Origin: a virus
Taxonomy: Duplodnaviria > Caudoviricetes
Strand: one strand, 5' to 3'
Virus record (IMG/VR): IMGVR_UViG_3300035180_001680
Length of the DNA stretch: 64,000 nucleotides
This document shows, one piece after another, positions 8,086-18,907 of the stretch. Under the pieces are notes generated by a model. That model was not told where the DNA came from. It made no database searches and saw nothing but the letters and a program-made list of their open reading frames with translations. How positions within the stretch are numbered: the first letter of the stretch is position 1; the number at the start of each line of letters is the position of its first letter. The translations under genes and the position numbers were made by a program.

Positions 8086-11000
8086 TTATAGATATCCACC
8101 GCCACCAACCGCACAATTCCCCACAGAAAATAGTACGTTGGCAACCGGTATTTTTACAGTCATCATTTGGCTAGTATTTGTTCCTGCTCCATTTTGGTGC
8201 GTGTATCCTGTAACTGCTATTTGATTATTACGAACATCCAAACAACGATTTGAGAAATTCCACAACAAACCTTCTGGACTTGCAAAACCTATATCGGAAG
8301 ACCAATCAAGAGTTAGACTTGGAAGACTTATTTTTAGTATTGACCAGTCACTACCAAATGTATTCGTTTGAGGATTTCCAACAGCTATTAATTCAGTTGG
8401 AGTTGCCACAATTTCATAGAGTTGACTATAATTTCCATGAGAATTGTCATATGTTCGAGATGTCACCAACTCACCTATCGTAGCTGTTATTCCTGCACCT
8501 TGTGTGGCAATATATTCACATATACAGAAGTTGGTCGATCTTTGAGTGAAAGCTTGTCCACACACATAAATTGAAGTTCCCCCAGAGTTGTGTAATGTAC
8601 TTCCAATCCCAAGAGTTATACCCGAAAATGTCTTATAGTTAACTAAGTTACCAGCCGCATCATACGCTTGATCATTTATGTGAGTAGCGTCTCCAGATAC
8701 ATCACTTAAGCTAATCCACTGTCTATTTCCTGCCGAATCATAAGCTGCAACAAAACCGTTGTTACTGGAATTGGACAATGAATCCTTAGTAAATAAATTT
8801 CCACACACATATATCTGATTCAGAGAAGGATTATATGTTATTCCTGTTAAACGACAATCACCCCTCGATGATGTTGAATCTTGAATCAACTGTTGCCATA
8901 TAACGGAACCATCGACACCCGACAGTTTTACAATTAAACCAGCGTTCATTTGAAGTCCTGTATTGTCTGGATTTTTAATTATTAAAAATCCACCAGCGTA
9001 AACGTCATTTACGGAATCGACTACAATGTCTGTGATTTGGGGTTGATACGTTCCTGGAGAAGAATTTATATCAATGTTTTGAGTAATACCCACCTGCCAC
9101 AAGACGTCACCATTTGAATTTAATTTGAGTATGGGTTGCGTATTCGATGTACCATAAGAATTAACATTTACTGCCATAATTATGTTATCTTGAGAGTCAA
9201 TCGCACTAGCATCTGCTGTTGCTGTTGATCCAGATGTCCCATTATTATCACTTATAAGTTGTTGCCATACAGTATTTCCTGCAGAATCGACCTTAATTAC
9301 CAATACACTTGTAAGAAAACCTTGATTTACAGAACCAAGAGTTATAATGTTTCCCAAACTGTCAATTTTTACAGTTGAACCTTCAGTTCCGTACGATGTC
9401 AATGCTCCACTTTCAACAACAGATACCCAAGAATCTGGTGTTCCACTGAAAAACCGAATATGTCTTGTATCAGTTGTCATAACGAGTCTACCATCAACAA
9501 CGTATGACATAGTTCCATTAGTTCCAGAATCTGTAATCGTTAATGATGTATCCTCTTGAAAAATCATGTTACTTGCACCGGATGAAAGTGTCCAAGTTCC
9601 TGGTCCGGTTTTTGTTAATACACCTGTTGTTCCAGTTGCGAGATTGGAAATTGCTGTTAAATTAACGTTGAGTGGTTGACCGTCGGTTATCCCATAACCA
9701 GCAAGAGTTGTAGGTTTCCATAATACAGAAGTCCAATCAGGAGTAATTGTAATAGGGGTTCCAGTTGCTGTTACACGTCCTTTCGCGTCGACGGTAAATG
9801 GGGTAGAAGTTAGAGCACTGTTGTTATATGTTCCAGCTGCAACTCCGCTGTTTGAAAGAGTAGTTGTAATACCACTTGTACCCGAACCACTAATATCACC
9901 CGACAAGGTAATTGTTTGATTAGCAGCACTATCGACGTACTGTTTTGTAGCAGCTTGTAGATTAGCAACTGGGTTTGCATTCAAAGTCAAGAAACCCGTC
10001 ATCGTGTCGCCAGATTTAGAGACCTTATCAGAGAGGTCTGACATAATTAGAGTTAACGTTGTATCTAAGGGGGTTCCTTGATAGAAAACATCAGTTGATT
10101 GGTGTGTGTGAGCCAGTGGTGTTCTCGCATCCGACATTCTTGGGTCATTATCTCCAACAGCGATTGGAGTGTTTAAATTAAGTGGATCTAGAGATAATTC
10201 AGTGATACCAATAACAGAACCAGAAGCTTTTTGAGTTACGACAGTATTGGTTACAGCACCCGCATCATTGAAATATCCTTGACCAAATATAATTGAGGTT
10301 GGTGATATCACTCTGGCAATTGGCTGTTGAAAACCTCTCGTAGGGGTGGCTATCCCGGGATTTACGTCAGTTAGTTGACCGTTAGAGTCAATCCATATTT
10401 TTGCATTTGGTGTTTGCCAATCCCAAGCAGGATTAGTAATCATTCCTTGGATTGTAACAAATAAACTTTCTCCGTATGTTGCACTATCAATAGCCATACC
10501 TATAAACCCAGCTGTTGTGTCTTCATAGTTAGCCAAATAATAATCATTGAAATATTCTAACTTCACTGCTGAATAAGAAGGAATACTTTCTCTTGCAATC
10601 CCGACAACAATAGAAGTTTCAAGTTCTGCCGTCCGAACATCAGAATTTTCTATAAAAAACCTATCTTCTGATGTGACGAAAGTCTTGTTAGCTTTTTTAA
10701 TTGGAGTTCCAGTACCGTCTCGTAAAATGCGTCCTGATTTAATAGGAGACGCAACCCCCACTTGTGTTCCAGTAGGATATGGAACAATGATAGAACCATT
10801 TTCAATTTTTGCAGCAAATACTCTAATCTTTGGAGTCCAAGACGAACCACTCCATACCTTCATTGTCATTGAAGAAGTATCAAACCAATGTTGTCCAGTT
10901 GCTGGAATTGTTGGGAACGGGATAGTGGTTTGAAATGGGTCAATAGGACCGAACACGGGAGCTACTGTCGTGAAACCATACGTTACGAGAGCTGTAAGAT

Positions 11001-11238
11001 TATCTATGTCCCAAAAAATCCAAAAATCGGAACTGTTTGAAACAGGAAGACCAGTCCAACGTACAGTCGCATTCTGGCCCAACGGTTCAACGAGAAAATA
11101 TTCTGAACTTTGTTGAGAAAATGTTACGGTTACAGGTTTGTTCGTTGTCGAAAGAGAGATACTATCACTTCCAACAGATGACCAAGATAAAAAATTTGAT
11201 TGATATTGAACCAACCCCTGTCTAAAAGATAACTGCAT
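8086..11238 (-). CDS. large tail fibre / virion structural protein
   Basis: 1050 aa; ATKQYVD and TTLAGYGITDG fibre motifs; C-terminal beta-propeller-like repeats; TATAAATA late motif upstream (~11272). Confidence 0.7.
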   Translation of the reverse strand: MQLSFRQGLVQYQSNFLSWSSVGSDSISLSTTNKPVTVTFSQQSSEYFLVEPLGQNATVRWTGLPVSNSSDFWIFWDIDNLTALVTYGFTTVAPVFGPIDPFQTTIPFPTIPATGQHWFDTSSMTMKVWSGSSWTPKIRVFAAKIENGSIIVPYPTGTQVGVASPIKSGRILRDGTGTPIKKANKTFVTSEDRFFIENSDVRTAELETSIVVGIARESIPSYSAVKLEYFNDYYLANYEDTTAGFIGMAIDSATYGESLFVTIQGMITNPAWDWQTPNAKIWIDSNGQLTDVNPGIATPTRGFQQPIARVISPTSIIFGQGYFNDAGAVTNTVVTQKASGSVIGITELSLDPLNLNTPIAVGDNDPRMSDARTPLAHTHQSTDVFYQGTPLDTTLTLIMSDLSDKVSKSGDTMTGFLTLNANPVANLQAATKQYVDSAANQTITLSGDISGSGTSGITTTLSNSGVAAGTYNNSALTSTPFTVDAKGRVTATGTPITITPDWTSVLWKPTTLAGYGITDGQPLNVNLTAISNLATGTTGVLTKTGPGTWTLSSGASNMIFQEDTSLTITDSGTNGTMSYVVDGRLVMTTDTRHIRFFSGTPDSWVSVVESGALTSYGTEGSTVKIDSLGNIITLGSVNQGFLTSVLVIKVDSAGNTVWQQLISDNNGTSGSTATADASAIDSQDNIIMAVNVNSYGTSNTQPILKLNSNGDVLWQVGITQNIDINSSPGTYQPQITDIVVDSVNDVYAGGFLIIKNPDNTGLQMNAGLIVKLSGVDGSVIWQQLIQDSTSSRGDCRLTGITYNPSLNQIYVCGNLFTKDSLSNSSNNGFVAAYDSAGNRQWISLSDVSGDATHINDQAYDAAGNLVNYKTFSGITLGIGSTLHNSGGTSIYVCGQAFTQRSTNFCICEYIATQGAGITATIGELVTSRTYDNSHGNYSQLYEIVATPTELIAVGNPQTNTFGSDWSILKISLPSLTLDWSSDIGFASPEGLLWNFSNRCLDVRNNQIAVTGYTHQNGAGTNTSQMMTVKIPVANVLFSVGNCAVGGGGYL

Positions 11239-11335
11239 ATACGGCTCCTAATCATTATACTTCACATAAGATATTTATAAAATTATGTTGACGTTTTAAT
11301 TTATATGTTTTATCATTTAATTTGACATTTAGGAG

Positions 11336-11692
11336 TTGTGTATGGCTAGACCAAAAGGTAGCAAGAACAGAAATAAAGAAAATGTTATCGAAGCAGTTCA
11401 AACAGAAAAACGTCCTCGGGGGCGTCCTCGTAAAATACCAACAGAGTTAGTTGAAGTTAAAGAAAAGCGTCCTCGAGGACGTCCTCGTAAGAATCAAATT
11501 AATTCAAAAGTTCAACCTAATACAAATTTAGAAGAATTCCCTGAAAAGAGTATATCAAAAAATTCTTTACCTGAAATAGAAGAAGATTATAGTTCCGTGA
11601 TGGATAGTTATTCAACAACTCGTTGGACGTCTGATGATTGGAGTGGAAGTAATTTTGATAATTTTTCGATTGGTTCTGATTACATGTATTAA
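11336..11692 (+). CDS. AT-hook DNA-binding protein
   Basis: two KRPRGRPRK motifs plus ARPKGSKN; acidic tail. Confidence 0.65.
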   Translation: MCMARPKGSKNRNKENVIEAVQTEKRPRGRPRKIPTELVEVKEKRPRGRPRKNQINSKVQPNTNLEEFPEKSISKNSLPEIEEDYSSVMDSYSTTRWTSDDWSGSNFDNFSIGSDYMY

Positions 11693-11877
11693 CCGTGTTT
11701 GGTTTTCATGTTATAACTATCAAGTAAAGCAATAGGGACTGGTGAAACCAGTCCCTTTCTATGTAAAAAACATATTTGGTTAAGAAAATCAGAGTAATAC
11801 GTTGGATGAAGAGCAATTCCCTTCGCGAGGTATAGCTGTAAAATATCACAACTTACCCTATCCCGCATATAAACTCC

Positions 11878-12114
11878 TTAATGAATAGAATCGTAGTATC
11901 GTTTCTTTATGTTAGAAATACATTTCTTTTGAGCAGATGTAGATAGGTGTTCGAATTTAGGATCATTGTCAAGCATTACGTCTATCGCTTCGTCGAAGGA
12001 CATTTTATCATTCTCGATCATGTCCGCTAATGTCTCGACCCATAACTTATAGTCTGCTTCTGATACATTTGAGTATTCATCTTTGGTGGTTTCGAGGAGT
12101 TGGTTTAATTTCAT
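11878..12114 (-). CDS. hypothetical protein (MKLNQLLE start)
   Basis: 79 codons. Confidence 0.55.
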   Translation of the reverse strand: MKLNQLLETTKDEYSNVSEADYKLWVETLADMIENDKMSFDEAIDVMLDNDPKFEHLSTSAQKKCISNIKKRYYDSIH

Positions 12115-12200
12115 TTTGTTTCCAGTATAGAGAGTGAACGTATTTATACTAAAGTCAAACAGTTGTTTAAAATAAATCCACTCTCCAACATAACGCTTGG

Positions 12201-12686
12201 TTACGTTTGTGTTTCGGGTGTTGGATCCACGCTGCGCCAAACCATTAAAACACCTTCCTGTTTTCGAACGTTTACGTGCCCTGGAAGTCCTGTTTTATCA
12301 AACCGTTTGAATTGGCGAAGAACAGGCATCGAAATTCCATATTTTTCGATGAATTGTTCTGCAGGAACAGGAGTTTCGGTGATGGCTAAGAACGCTGTTT
12401 GAATTTTATCACCCTTACGCCCGCGCTTTTTTTCGGTAGTCGTGGAAGCTATGTTTTTGATTTTTGGTTTATTGGAACTTACACGCCCAAACAAAACTCC
12501 ATAAGGTTCAACGTTTAAAGTTGTATCTACTTGAAAAACGCCCTTTGAAATTAGTGCTTTTGCAGTATTAAGTTCTTGAGAAGTAACCCCAAGAACCGTA
12601 CACGCTTGATCGTCAGATGGATGGTATGCGTTAATTAGGGCAAAACGCTGACCCCAAGAGAGATTTGTAATTGAAATGTTCGTCAT
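12201..12686 (-). CDS. hypothetical protein
   Basis: 161-aa ORF; sigma70-like promoter upstream. Confidence 0.65.
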   Translation of the reverse strand: MTNISITNLSWGQRFALINAYHPSDDQACTVLGVTSQELNTAKALISKGVFQVDTTLNVEPYGVLFGRVSSNKPKIKNIASTTTEKKRGRKGDKIQTAFLAITETPVPAEQFIEKYGISMPVLRQFKRFDKTGLPGHVNVRKQEGVLMVWRSVDPTPETQT

Positions 12687-12778
12687 AATTTGTTTTCCTT
12701 TCGTTGCTGGTTAAATGAGGTTAGTTCTCATTGTTAATATAATATATCAAAAAATATTTAAGGTCAACACAGTGATCA

Positions 12779-12806
12779 ACAAAAAAGGCGCCAAAGCGCC
12801 TTTTTT
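12779..12806. terminator. bidirectional intrinsic terminator
   Basis: AAAAAAGGCGC-CAAA-GCGCCTTTTTT. Confidence 0.75.
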
Positions 12807-12825
12807 GTGTGAGTAATGTTATATT

Positions 12826-13420
12826 TTATTTGGTTATTGTCCACAAATCGCTTGCTAAATTTCGATCTACCACGTATTGATATGGCATTGTAAAGTATCC
12901 ACCCTGCCCCCCAACTTGCCCCCCAAAAAATTGCGGACGATTACTCGTTGAGTAGTATTATCATATCCCACCATAAGAACAGCGTGTCCTCCTTGACATT
13001 GTTCACCATCAACAGGCATTATTCAGTATTCCCGTTTGGGCTACTTGATCACTTTCAAAACTACCGAAAACTGTAAACCCGAATATGATAGGATAACCTG
13101 AAGTCAAAACTTGTTTAATACCGTTTACACCGTTTGAACGATCTACACGAGCATAAGCTGAAATTTTTTCTTGAGAGTGCATCAGAATAAGCGGAATCAA
13201 CAGGTTTAATGGCGAAACGATAAGTTAAGTATGGACAAACATCTTCTGAACACACACCAAATGTTGCTAACGTTTGGATTCCACCACAAATTCTTGCACC
13301 AGCATCTTTAGTAATTGTTCCTTCCATGTTGCGTTCATTGTAATAAACAAATAACCTACTTAAGTCAGCAAATTTATTATTTAATTCAAATTCGTTTGTC
13401 TTATTTTCAAGAAACTCCAT
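12826..13420 (-). pseudogene. papain-like (C1) cysteine peptidase, frameshifted and N-terminally truncated
   Basis: LSRLFVYYNER, GVCSE..CPY, GGHAVLMVGYD and GYFTMPY split over several frames; catalytic-Cys region absent. Confidence 0.75.
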
Positions 13421-13455
13421 AAAAAATTACATTTTAAACTAACACCGCAAACCTT

Positions 13456-14244
13456 TCAACGATTGATTGAGTAATCATATAAGGCTGAAAATATTTTTGA
13501 TACGTTATGATTGTAAAAACCTGATGAGTTAATACAGTTAAATTCTATAACCTTTATTTTGTCATCGACAAGAGCTGTGTCCATAACACAACACGGACTT
13601 GGTACCCACTTATCGGCGAATTTTTGTGCTTCTTTTATAACGCCAGTTTCCGTTTCATGATTTTTAATTAATCGTCCATTTGCACGGTACATGGAACCGT
13701 CAACAATTTCCCCTCCAACAACAAACCAACGCCATTCAGCTTGAATCGTCTGTGGTTCAGCAAGAACAATCATCGTTTCCGGTTCCATTTTATAAGTACC
13801 AGACATGTCACATTCCATTGCATCTTTGAGCCATTCTCTACATTCTTTCGCTTCAATAATTTGTCCAGAAAATTGTTTCAGATCTTCTGAAGGACGAATA
13901 AACCAAAGTTCGTTATCTGGTCTCGTGTGTAAAAACTCAATCGTCACGTTCAATGGTTTAATGAACTGTGCATTCATCATATCGTCACGGTTGGATGCAG
14001 CAGCTTCGTAATTGAATTTAGCTAAATCAAAATAGAGACCTTCCCATTTTAATTCATAATCAAGGTTTGTTAATAGTGTTGAACCATAAGGAATGTATTT
14101 GGTTCCTGTTAATGGTTCGGTTGAAGTTATTTCTCGAGAGAAAGGAATTAATCCAACAAATTCATGTGGGTAGTGTTCAACAGCAGCTTTTGTTAACTGA
14201 AGTTGTTCTTTATCCATTAAATTGTGTTGAATAAGAAATTTCAT
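13456..14244 (-). CDS. ATP-grasp domain protein (DUF4343-like)
   Basis: FIRPSEDLKQFSG, EWRWFVVGGEIV, KVIEFNCINSSGFY. Confidence 0.75.
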   Translation of the reverse strand: MKFLIQHNLMDKEQLQLTKAAVEHYPHEFVGLIPFSREITSTEPLTGTKYIPYGSTLLTNLDYELKWEGLYFDLAKFNYEAAASNRDDMMNAQFIKPLNVTIEFLHTRPDNELWFIRPSEDLKQFSGQIIEAKECREWLKDAMECDMSGTYKMEPETMIVLAEPQTIQAEWRWFVVGGEIVDGSMYRANGRLIKNHETETGVIKEAQKFADKWVPSPCCVMDTALVDDKIKVIEFNCINSSGFYNHNVSKIFSALYDYSINR

Positions 14245-14450
14245 TTATTTAACTCCTCTCACTATAATATAACCAATCGCGCCGTCCGCACACATCACAT
14301 TTATACCCTTCTGTGTCCATGTCTTTATCTTTTGGGTCTCTTTTCATATTTGGACAATCGTGAATTTCGTATCCAGGGCGAATTTTGTCTTTGTTGATAC
14401 ATCAAGGACGACAATCTTGATTTATTTGCACGATTTACTTCTATTGTGTT

Positions 14451-14538
14451 TGGCGGAAGTAGTAGGATTTGAACCCACGTGCCCTTTCGGACCATCTGCT
14501 TTCAAGGCAGCGCCAATAAACCGCTCTGGCATACTTCC
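14451..14538 (-). tRNA. tRNA-Ser(TGA)
   Basis: GCTGC-CTTGAAA-GCAGA; long variable arm; G73; CCA. Confidence 0.92.
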
Positions 14539-14626
14539 AATACTATTTACTCGAACAACTTTGTCCCCAATAACAAATTCTTTCTCCAACACACCGACCA
14601 GTTTCTTTCCAAACCAATCTCCCTCT

Positions 14627-14992
14627 TTAACTCGTTACAACATCGCTGTCTCCTGTTACAGGAATAATTTCCATTAAAGTTTTGTTCGTTGAGTTTTGTT
14701 CATTTGCTTCTCGAATCTGTTCCGCAAATGACGCATACACACTACCCATTAAACCACTCATACGTTCAGACCCCTTATAACAAACATACACGGAACCAGA
14801 AGAATTTGTAAATTCATAACGGTCATCGAATTCTTCTTGTTGTGTAATACCTGAACTTAACTTCCAACTGTCACCATTAAGGTATCCACCATACCAACCT
14901 GCAAAAATCTTTTCTATTTCTCCAAATTCATCATTTGTGAATTTGACCTTAACCCAACAATCTGGTGTATATTTACTCATATTATATTCCAA
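14627..14992 (-). CDS. hypothetical phage protein
   Basis: YTPDCW...GWYGGYLNGDSWKLSSGIT. Confidence 0.7.
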   Translation of the reverse strand: MEYNMSKYTPDCWVKVKFTNDEFGEIEKIFAGWYGGYLNGDSWKLSSGITQQEEFDDRYEFTNSSGSVYVCYKGSERMSGLMGSVYASFAEQIREANEQNSTNKTLMEIIPVTGDSDVVTS

Positions 14993-14995
14993 AAG

Positions 14996-16498
14996 TTAAA
15001 TTGTAACGAGTTGATAACGTTCACTGTTAATAACATCAAGCATCAAATCATAAGCAGACAAAAATTCTCCACCTATTGTATGCTTAAAGATAGACGGACT
15101 ACATCCACTAACCATTTGAAAACCACGCTCATCCATACTCATTGGAAACTGTTGGTTCTGAGCATCAACATTCCAAAACACCAAATTGGGCATTGTATAT
15201 CCACACTCACCAAATTCTTTAGAAATTGTTTGGAATAATTTTTCGTCAACCATACCCCGACCTTGATGCTCATAAGAATATCTAGCGTTGCTTGTAGCGG
15301 CATCAAATTCCATGTCAGAAATGATATACAACTTCTGTGGTAATTCAGATTGTGCTAACTTGTTTTGTTTGGCAACAGTAAGAATCAAACGGAACACAGC
15401 TTGAATATCTGTATTCATTTCCCATGCAGAACTATTCATATTGGCTATTTTTTCAACAAGGTCAGCTCCCTGAATTTTAAGTAGTTGAGGTGTAGAGCTA
15501 AAAGTAATGAACTTGTTATGATAAGCTTCACAAGTGTTACGTTCAGCCAAATACATTCCAACCGAAATGGCAACTTCCAATGGAAGACCAGCCATAGAAC
15601 CAGACACATCAACTACAGCAAGAGCATTTTCTTGTTTATCTCCAATATAGTTTGGAAGAGCGTCCCACAACGCATCCATGAGTTGGCGTTCGTGTTGTGG
15701 TGTGTTCCTGCCCATCGTAAATGCTTTGCGGACGATTTCATATGGAAAAAGAACACTCGCATTGATTTTCTTTTCGCCAGTCTTTAAAGAATCCAAGAAT
15801 TTCTTACGGCGTTCAGCATCGTGCGCGAAAAAAGCTTTCCCATATAACAAGTTAGCTTGAGAGGGAACGGCACTGTATTCAATACTATCCCACTGATTGG
15901 CAGACACCAACCGTTCAACAATGTTAATTTTCTTACGAAGAGTGCTCAACATCAAGCGATATGCTTTGGATCTTAATTTAAGACCCTTACGAGTTTTTGT
16001 TGCAAGTCGTTTCGTTTCTTTTGAAGAAGCGTTTTCACTTTTCAACCATTTTGCAAGCAACGAGGGATGTTCAGATGCCACGTCTTCGGTAATCTGTGTA
16101 AAGATTAGTGCAATCGCATCTGTTTCAAGTTCTGTATCAAATAACACATACAAATCATCCCAACGTCCAAAGTATGGAATAAGTTTAATGTTTTTACGGA
16201 CAGCGTCAGGGTTAACGTTAATCAACCACTTTAATTGCTTTCTAAACGTATCACGTTCACCTTGACCACCACGAGCGTCCCTGAAATAGAACATAGCACG
16301 AGTGGCTAACAATGCATTTTCTGCATAAGCTTTTGAAAACAAATGAAGAATTTCATCATCATCACGATTGCGGAGTGCACCACCCTGTGCAAACAAATCC
16401 AACATAGCTGATTTGGTTGTATCAAATGCAACAGCACCATTTTCCGTGTGTGCTACATTGGTTGTAATAGAAAGGGCATCCACAAATTCTTTGCTCAC
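14996..16498 (-). CDS. DUF2828 / TROVE-VWA (Ro60-like) protein
   Basis: TENGA, FYFRDARGGQGER, FGRWDDL, AKWL; VWA motif VVDVSGSM; ISDMEFD. Confidence 0.85.
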   Translation of the reverse strand: MSKEFVDALSITTNVAHTENGAVAFDTTKSAMLDLFAQGGALRNRDDDEILHLFSKAYAENALLATRAMFYFRDARGGQGERDTFRKQLKWLINVNPDAVRKNIKLIPYFGRWDDLYVLFDTELETDAIALIFTQITEDVASEHPSLLAKWLKSENASSKETKRLATKTRKGLKLRSKAYRLMLSTLRKKINIVERLVSANQWDSIEYSAVPSQANLLYGKAFFAHDAERRKKFLDSLKTGEKKINASVLFPYEIVRKAFTMGRNTPQHERQLMDALWDALPNYIGDKQENALAVVDVSGSMAGLPLEVAISVGMYLAERNTCEAYHNKFITFSSTPQLLKIQGADLVEKIANMNSSAWEMNTDIQAVFRLILTVAKQNKLAQSELPQKLYIISDMEFDAATSNARYSYEHQGRGMVDEKLFQTISKEFGECGYTMPNLVFWNVDAQNQQFPMSMDERGFQMVSGCSPSIFKHTIGGEFLSAYDLMLDVINSERYQLVTI

Positions 16499-16515
16499 TT
16501 GTTTCTCCTTTTATC

Positions 16516-16577
16516 AAGACACATTTTACTGGTTAGATTAAATGTCTAGTGTATTATGCGATTGCTGTTAGTGTCTT
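16516..16577 (-). ncRNA. structured RNA motif copy 2, directly upstream of the TROVE gene RBS
   Basis: AAGACAC-TAACAGCAA...GTGTCTT. Confidence 0.55.
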
Positions 16578-16584
16578 TAAACTA

Positions 16585-16809
16585 TTAAAGATTTCTTATA
16601 ACTTGAAATTCATATTGTGGTGGAACTATAACTGCTTTTACGTCTTTAGGCAACGCTTTGTCAAGTGCGTTCGAAATTTCTATTATTTTACTCTTCTTAA
16701 ATAGAGAATCGTCATGAACTTTTATGACTAAAACATCACCTGGATTAAGTTCCAGTTTTGAAATTTCCACCAATACGGTGTTAAAATTAATAACTGGTTG
16801 AGAATCCAT
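16585..16809 (-). CDS. hypothetical protein
   Basis: 74 aa; LELNPGDVLVIK. Confidence 0.6.
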   Translation of the reverse strand: MDSQPVINFNTVLVEISKLELNPGDVLVIKVHDDSLFKKSKIIEISNALDKALPKDVKAVIVPPQYEFQVIRNL

Positions 16810-17030
16810 TATTCGTCTTTACTAGTATCAGTTCGTTCAACACGCTTCTTTTTGTTTGCTTGGTATGTCAATTCAGCTGAAATCATAGCACGTTTGTATG
16901 CATCACGTGCATGCTTATCTTCAATTGAAGCCATCATACGCTTAATTGATCCCGGTAACTTAAAATGCCGGTTGGGTTTTCCAATAATCACTGCAACCGC
17001 TTGATCTTTCTTTGCTTTTTTGGTAGTCAT
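16809..17030 (-). CDS. small basic hypothetical protein
   Basis: 73 aa; RBS present. Confidence 0.6.
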   Translation of the reverse strand: MTTKKAKKDQAVAVIIGKPNRHFKLPGSIKRMMASIEDKHARDAYKRAMISAELTYQANKKKRVERTDTSKDE

Positions 17031-17054
17031 TTTGGTCCTTTTCGTTAATTTAAC

Positions 17055-17206
17055 AAGACGCCAACCGAAGCTCGGTCAACACCTACCGTATTGAAACACG
17101 GTAGCACGTTTTTGTTGTAGTCTCCATTGGGAAGCTTCACAAGAGCAATCTCCTCCACTTCCCAGATTCTCCACAACTCAAGTCAAAAGATTGCTGTGTG
17201 CGTCTT
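17055..17206 (-). ncRNA. structured RNA motif copy 3 (expanded interior)
   Basis: AAGACGC-ACACAGCAA...GCGTCTT, compensatory change in the stem. Confidence 0.55.
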
Positions 17207-17289
17207 AAACTTCAATAAAGACATTTTACGGTGATTAAAATCAAAAATCAACGATATTATTCGCAGTTATCGGAAAATTTTTCCCAATG

Positions 17290-18375
17290 GTCTGGCCCAT
17301 TGACACGATTTATCAAGAGCGTGTACTCTCTTTTTTCAAAGTGACAGTTCACAAGTATGCTTTAAACAATCTGCATTACCAACTCTCTAACCCCTTTTAC
17401 AAGGGAGGTTCTACACAGATTGTTTAAAGCAGACACCTCAATCGAGGCATTTACTTTGTATAAGGTTGAGATTAAACCTATACTATTGATACCTTCGAGA
17501 CATTATCTCATCACCTGCTACAGCTAGAGTTCTTCTCTTATCCACATAATCAGCTTTCGCACAACTATGTCTATCAACATGACTGCATTTTTTAAGTGGT
17601 TGCTTTTCCACCAACATGTAAAGCTACTCGATTATCTGTCTACCGCCAACCTTGCGAGCTGTACAAGAGCGCTAACTCTCTGCGTGCGACTTTCTTTCAA
17701 CATCCTCGACCTTGCGAGTTTTGGACGCCTTCATTACCTTGCGGCTGAAGGATTAAGCCATTTTCACTTTACACTGGAAACGTCTTTGCGTTTTATGTAA
17801 TATAATCCAAATTTATATGGGCTGTTAACCCTAACATTGTTAAACCTACCAAGAAGTGCGTTTCCAGTGGATTTCATACCTTTTGAGTATAAAAATACCA
17901 CACTCCTCATGTTTTTCATCTGCCGACTACTCAACCAGTTTTCAGGAATCGTGACACCCTATTACAGGTACCAAAACCCCCTCAACTTGCACAACAGCCC
18001 TTACTTGCGGGTTCGGACCACTGTACTACCCTTTACCTTTTGAGATGGCTAGTTTGTGTAGGCGTGAGGTCGGCACAACCCGTTACTCTCCAAATGCCCA
18101 AGTTCCCTGCAGAGCAGGCTTGTAAACATTCGTTCTTTCCACACCCCTAACTTCCCTCATATGACTACCGTTGGCGATAATCAGCTCCTTTCGGAGTAGG
18201 TCAGGCTTGCTTGTTTGTACCCCTTACAGGGCGCGGTAGTTGTAGGACCTACCGCTTTCACAACATCGCTGTTGGTTACTTTGCACAAGCGCGTAATTCT
18301 TTATCTTTTAAATTGTTTCTGATGAAACGTTCTGAATTCACAGAACTAATTAAAAGAGTGACTTTCTTAATACTA
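17290..18375 (-). ncRNA. large ornate ncRNA, GOLLD-like candidate
   Basis: ~1 kb with no credible CDS; many GCAA/GAAA-capped helices; long inverted repeats; own TTGACT-17-TAAAGT promoter; next to tRNAs. Confidence 0.55.
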
Positions 18376-18657
18376 TCTGTATACTTTATACTAACTTCTT
18401 CATTAAGTCAACAGATATTTAAATTATTTTTGTTGTATTGTTTACTCCTCATGTAACCACCTTGCCTTCTCCTGGTTGATTTCGAAGAACAATCCAAACC
18501 AACCTGGGTGAGCTCCTTGCGAGAGCACAACACAACAAAAACAACTCAAAGTCTATTTTACTACTTTTATTTCGTATCGTCAACAACTAATTTTGTACTA
18601 ACTTCAAAATCACATTCAGTACAAAACACCTTCTTTGACCGCCTAACAATATAATCT

Positions 18658-18733
18658 TGGTAGCGGGGGTCAGACTTGCACTGACCTATTTCGGCTTATG
18701 AGACCGGTGATGAACTACCTCCTCTACCCCGCA
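18658..18733 (-). tRNA. tRNA-Met(CAT), 1:72 mismatch (initiator-like)
   Basis: CCGGT-CTCATAA-GCCGA; T1:T72; CCA. Confidence 0.75.
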
Positions 18734-18907
18734 ATTAATACAAAAGTGTAGACGGTCTGTTTTTCACTAAAGAATGGCGTACCAGTCCTGATCATTGATG
18801 TTATCTCCAATTTACTACACTTTTAATCATCGTTAGAAACGCTCGGTCCTTTATAGAGCTTCGGATCCCTTCCTGTGGAATTGAACCACACCCTTTTCTA
18901 ACTTCTC

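Noticed and set aside
17567-18456. Short plus-strand ORFs in the 17-18 kb region
   Set aside because: No RBS or protein-like composition; antisense to the structured RNA.
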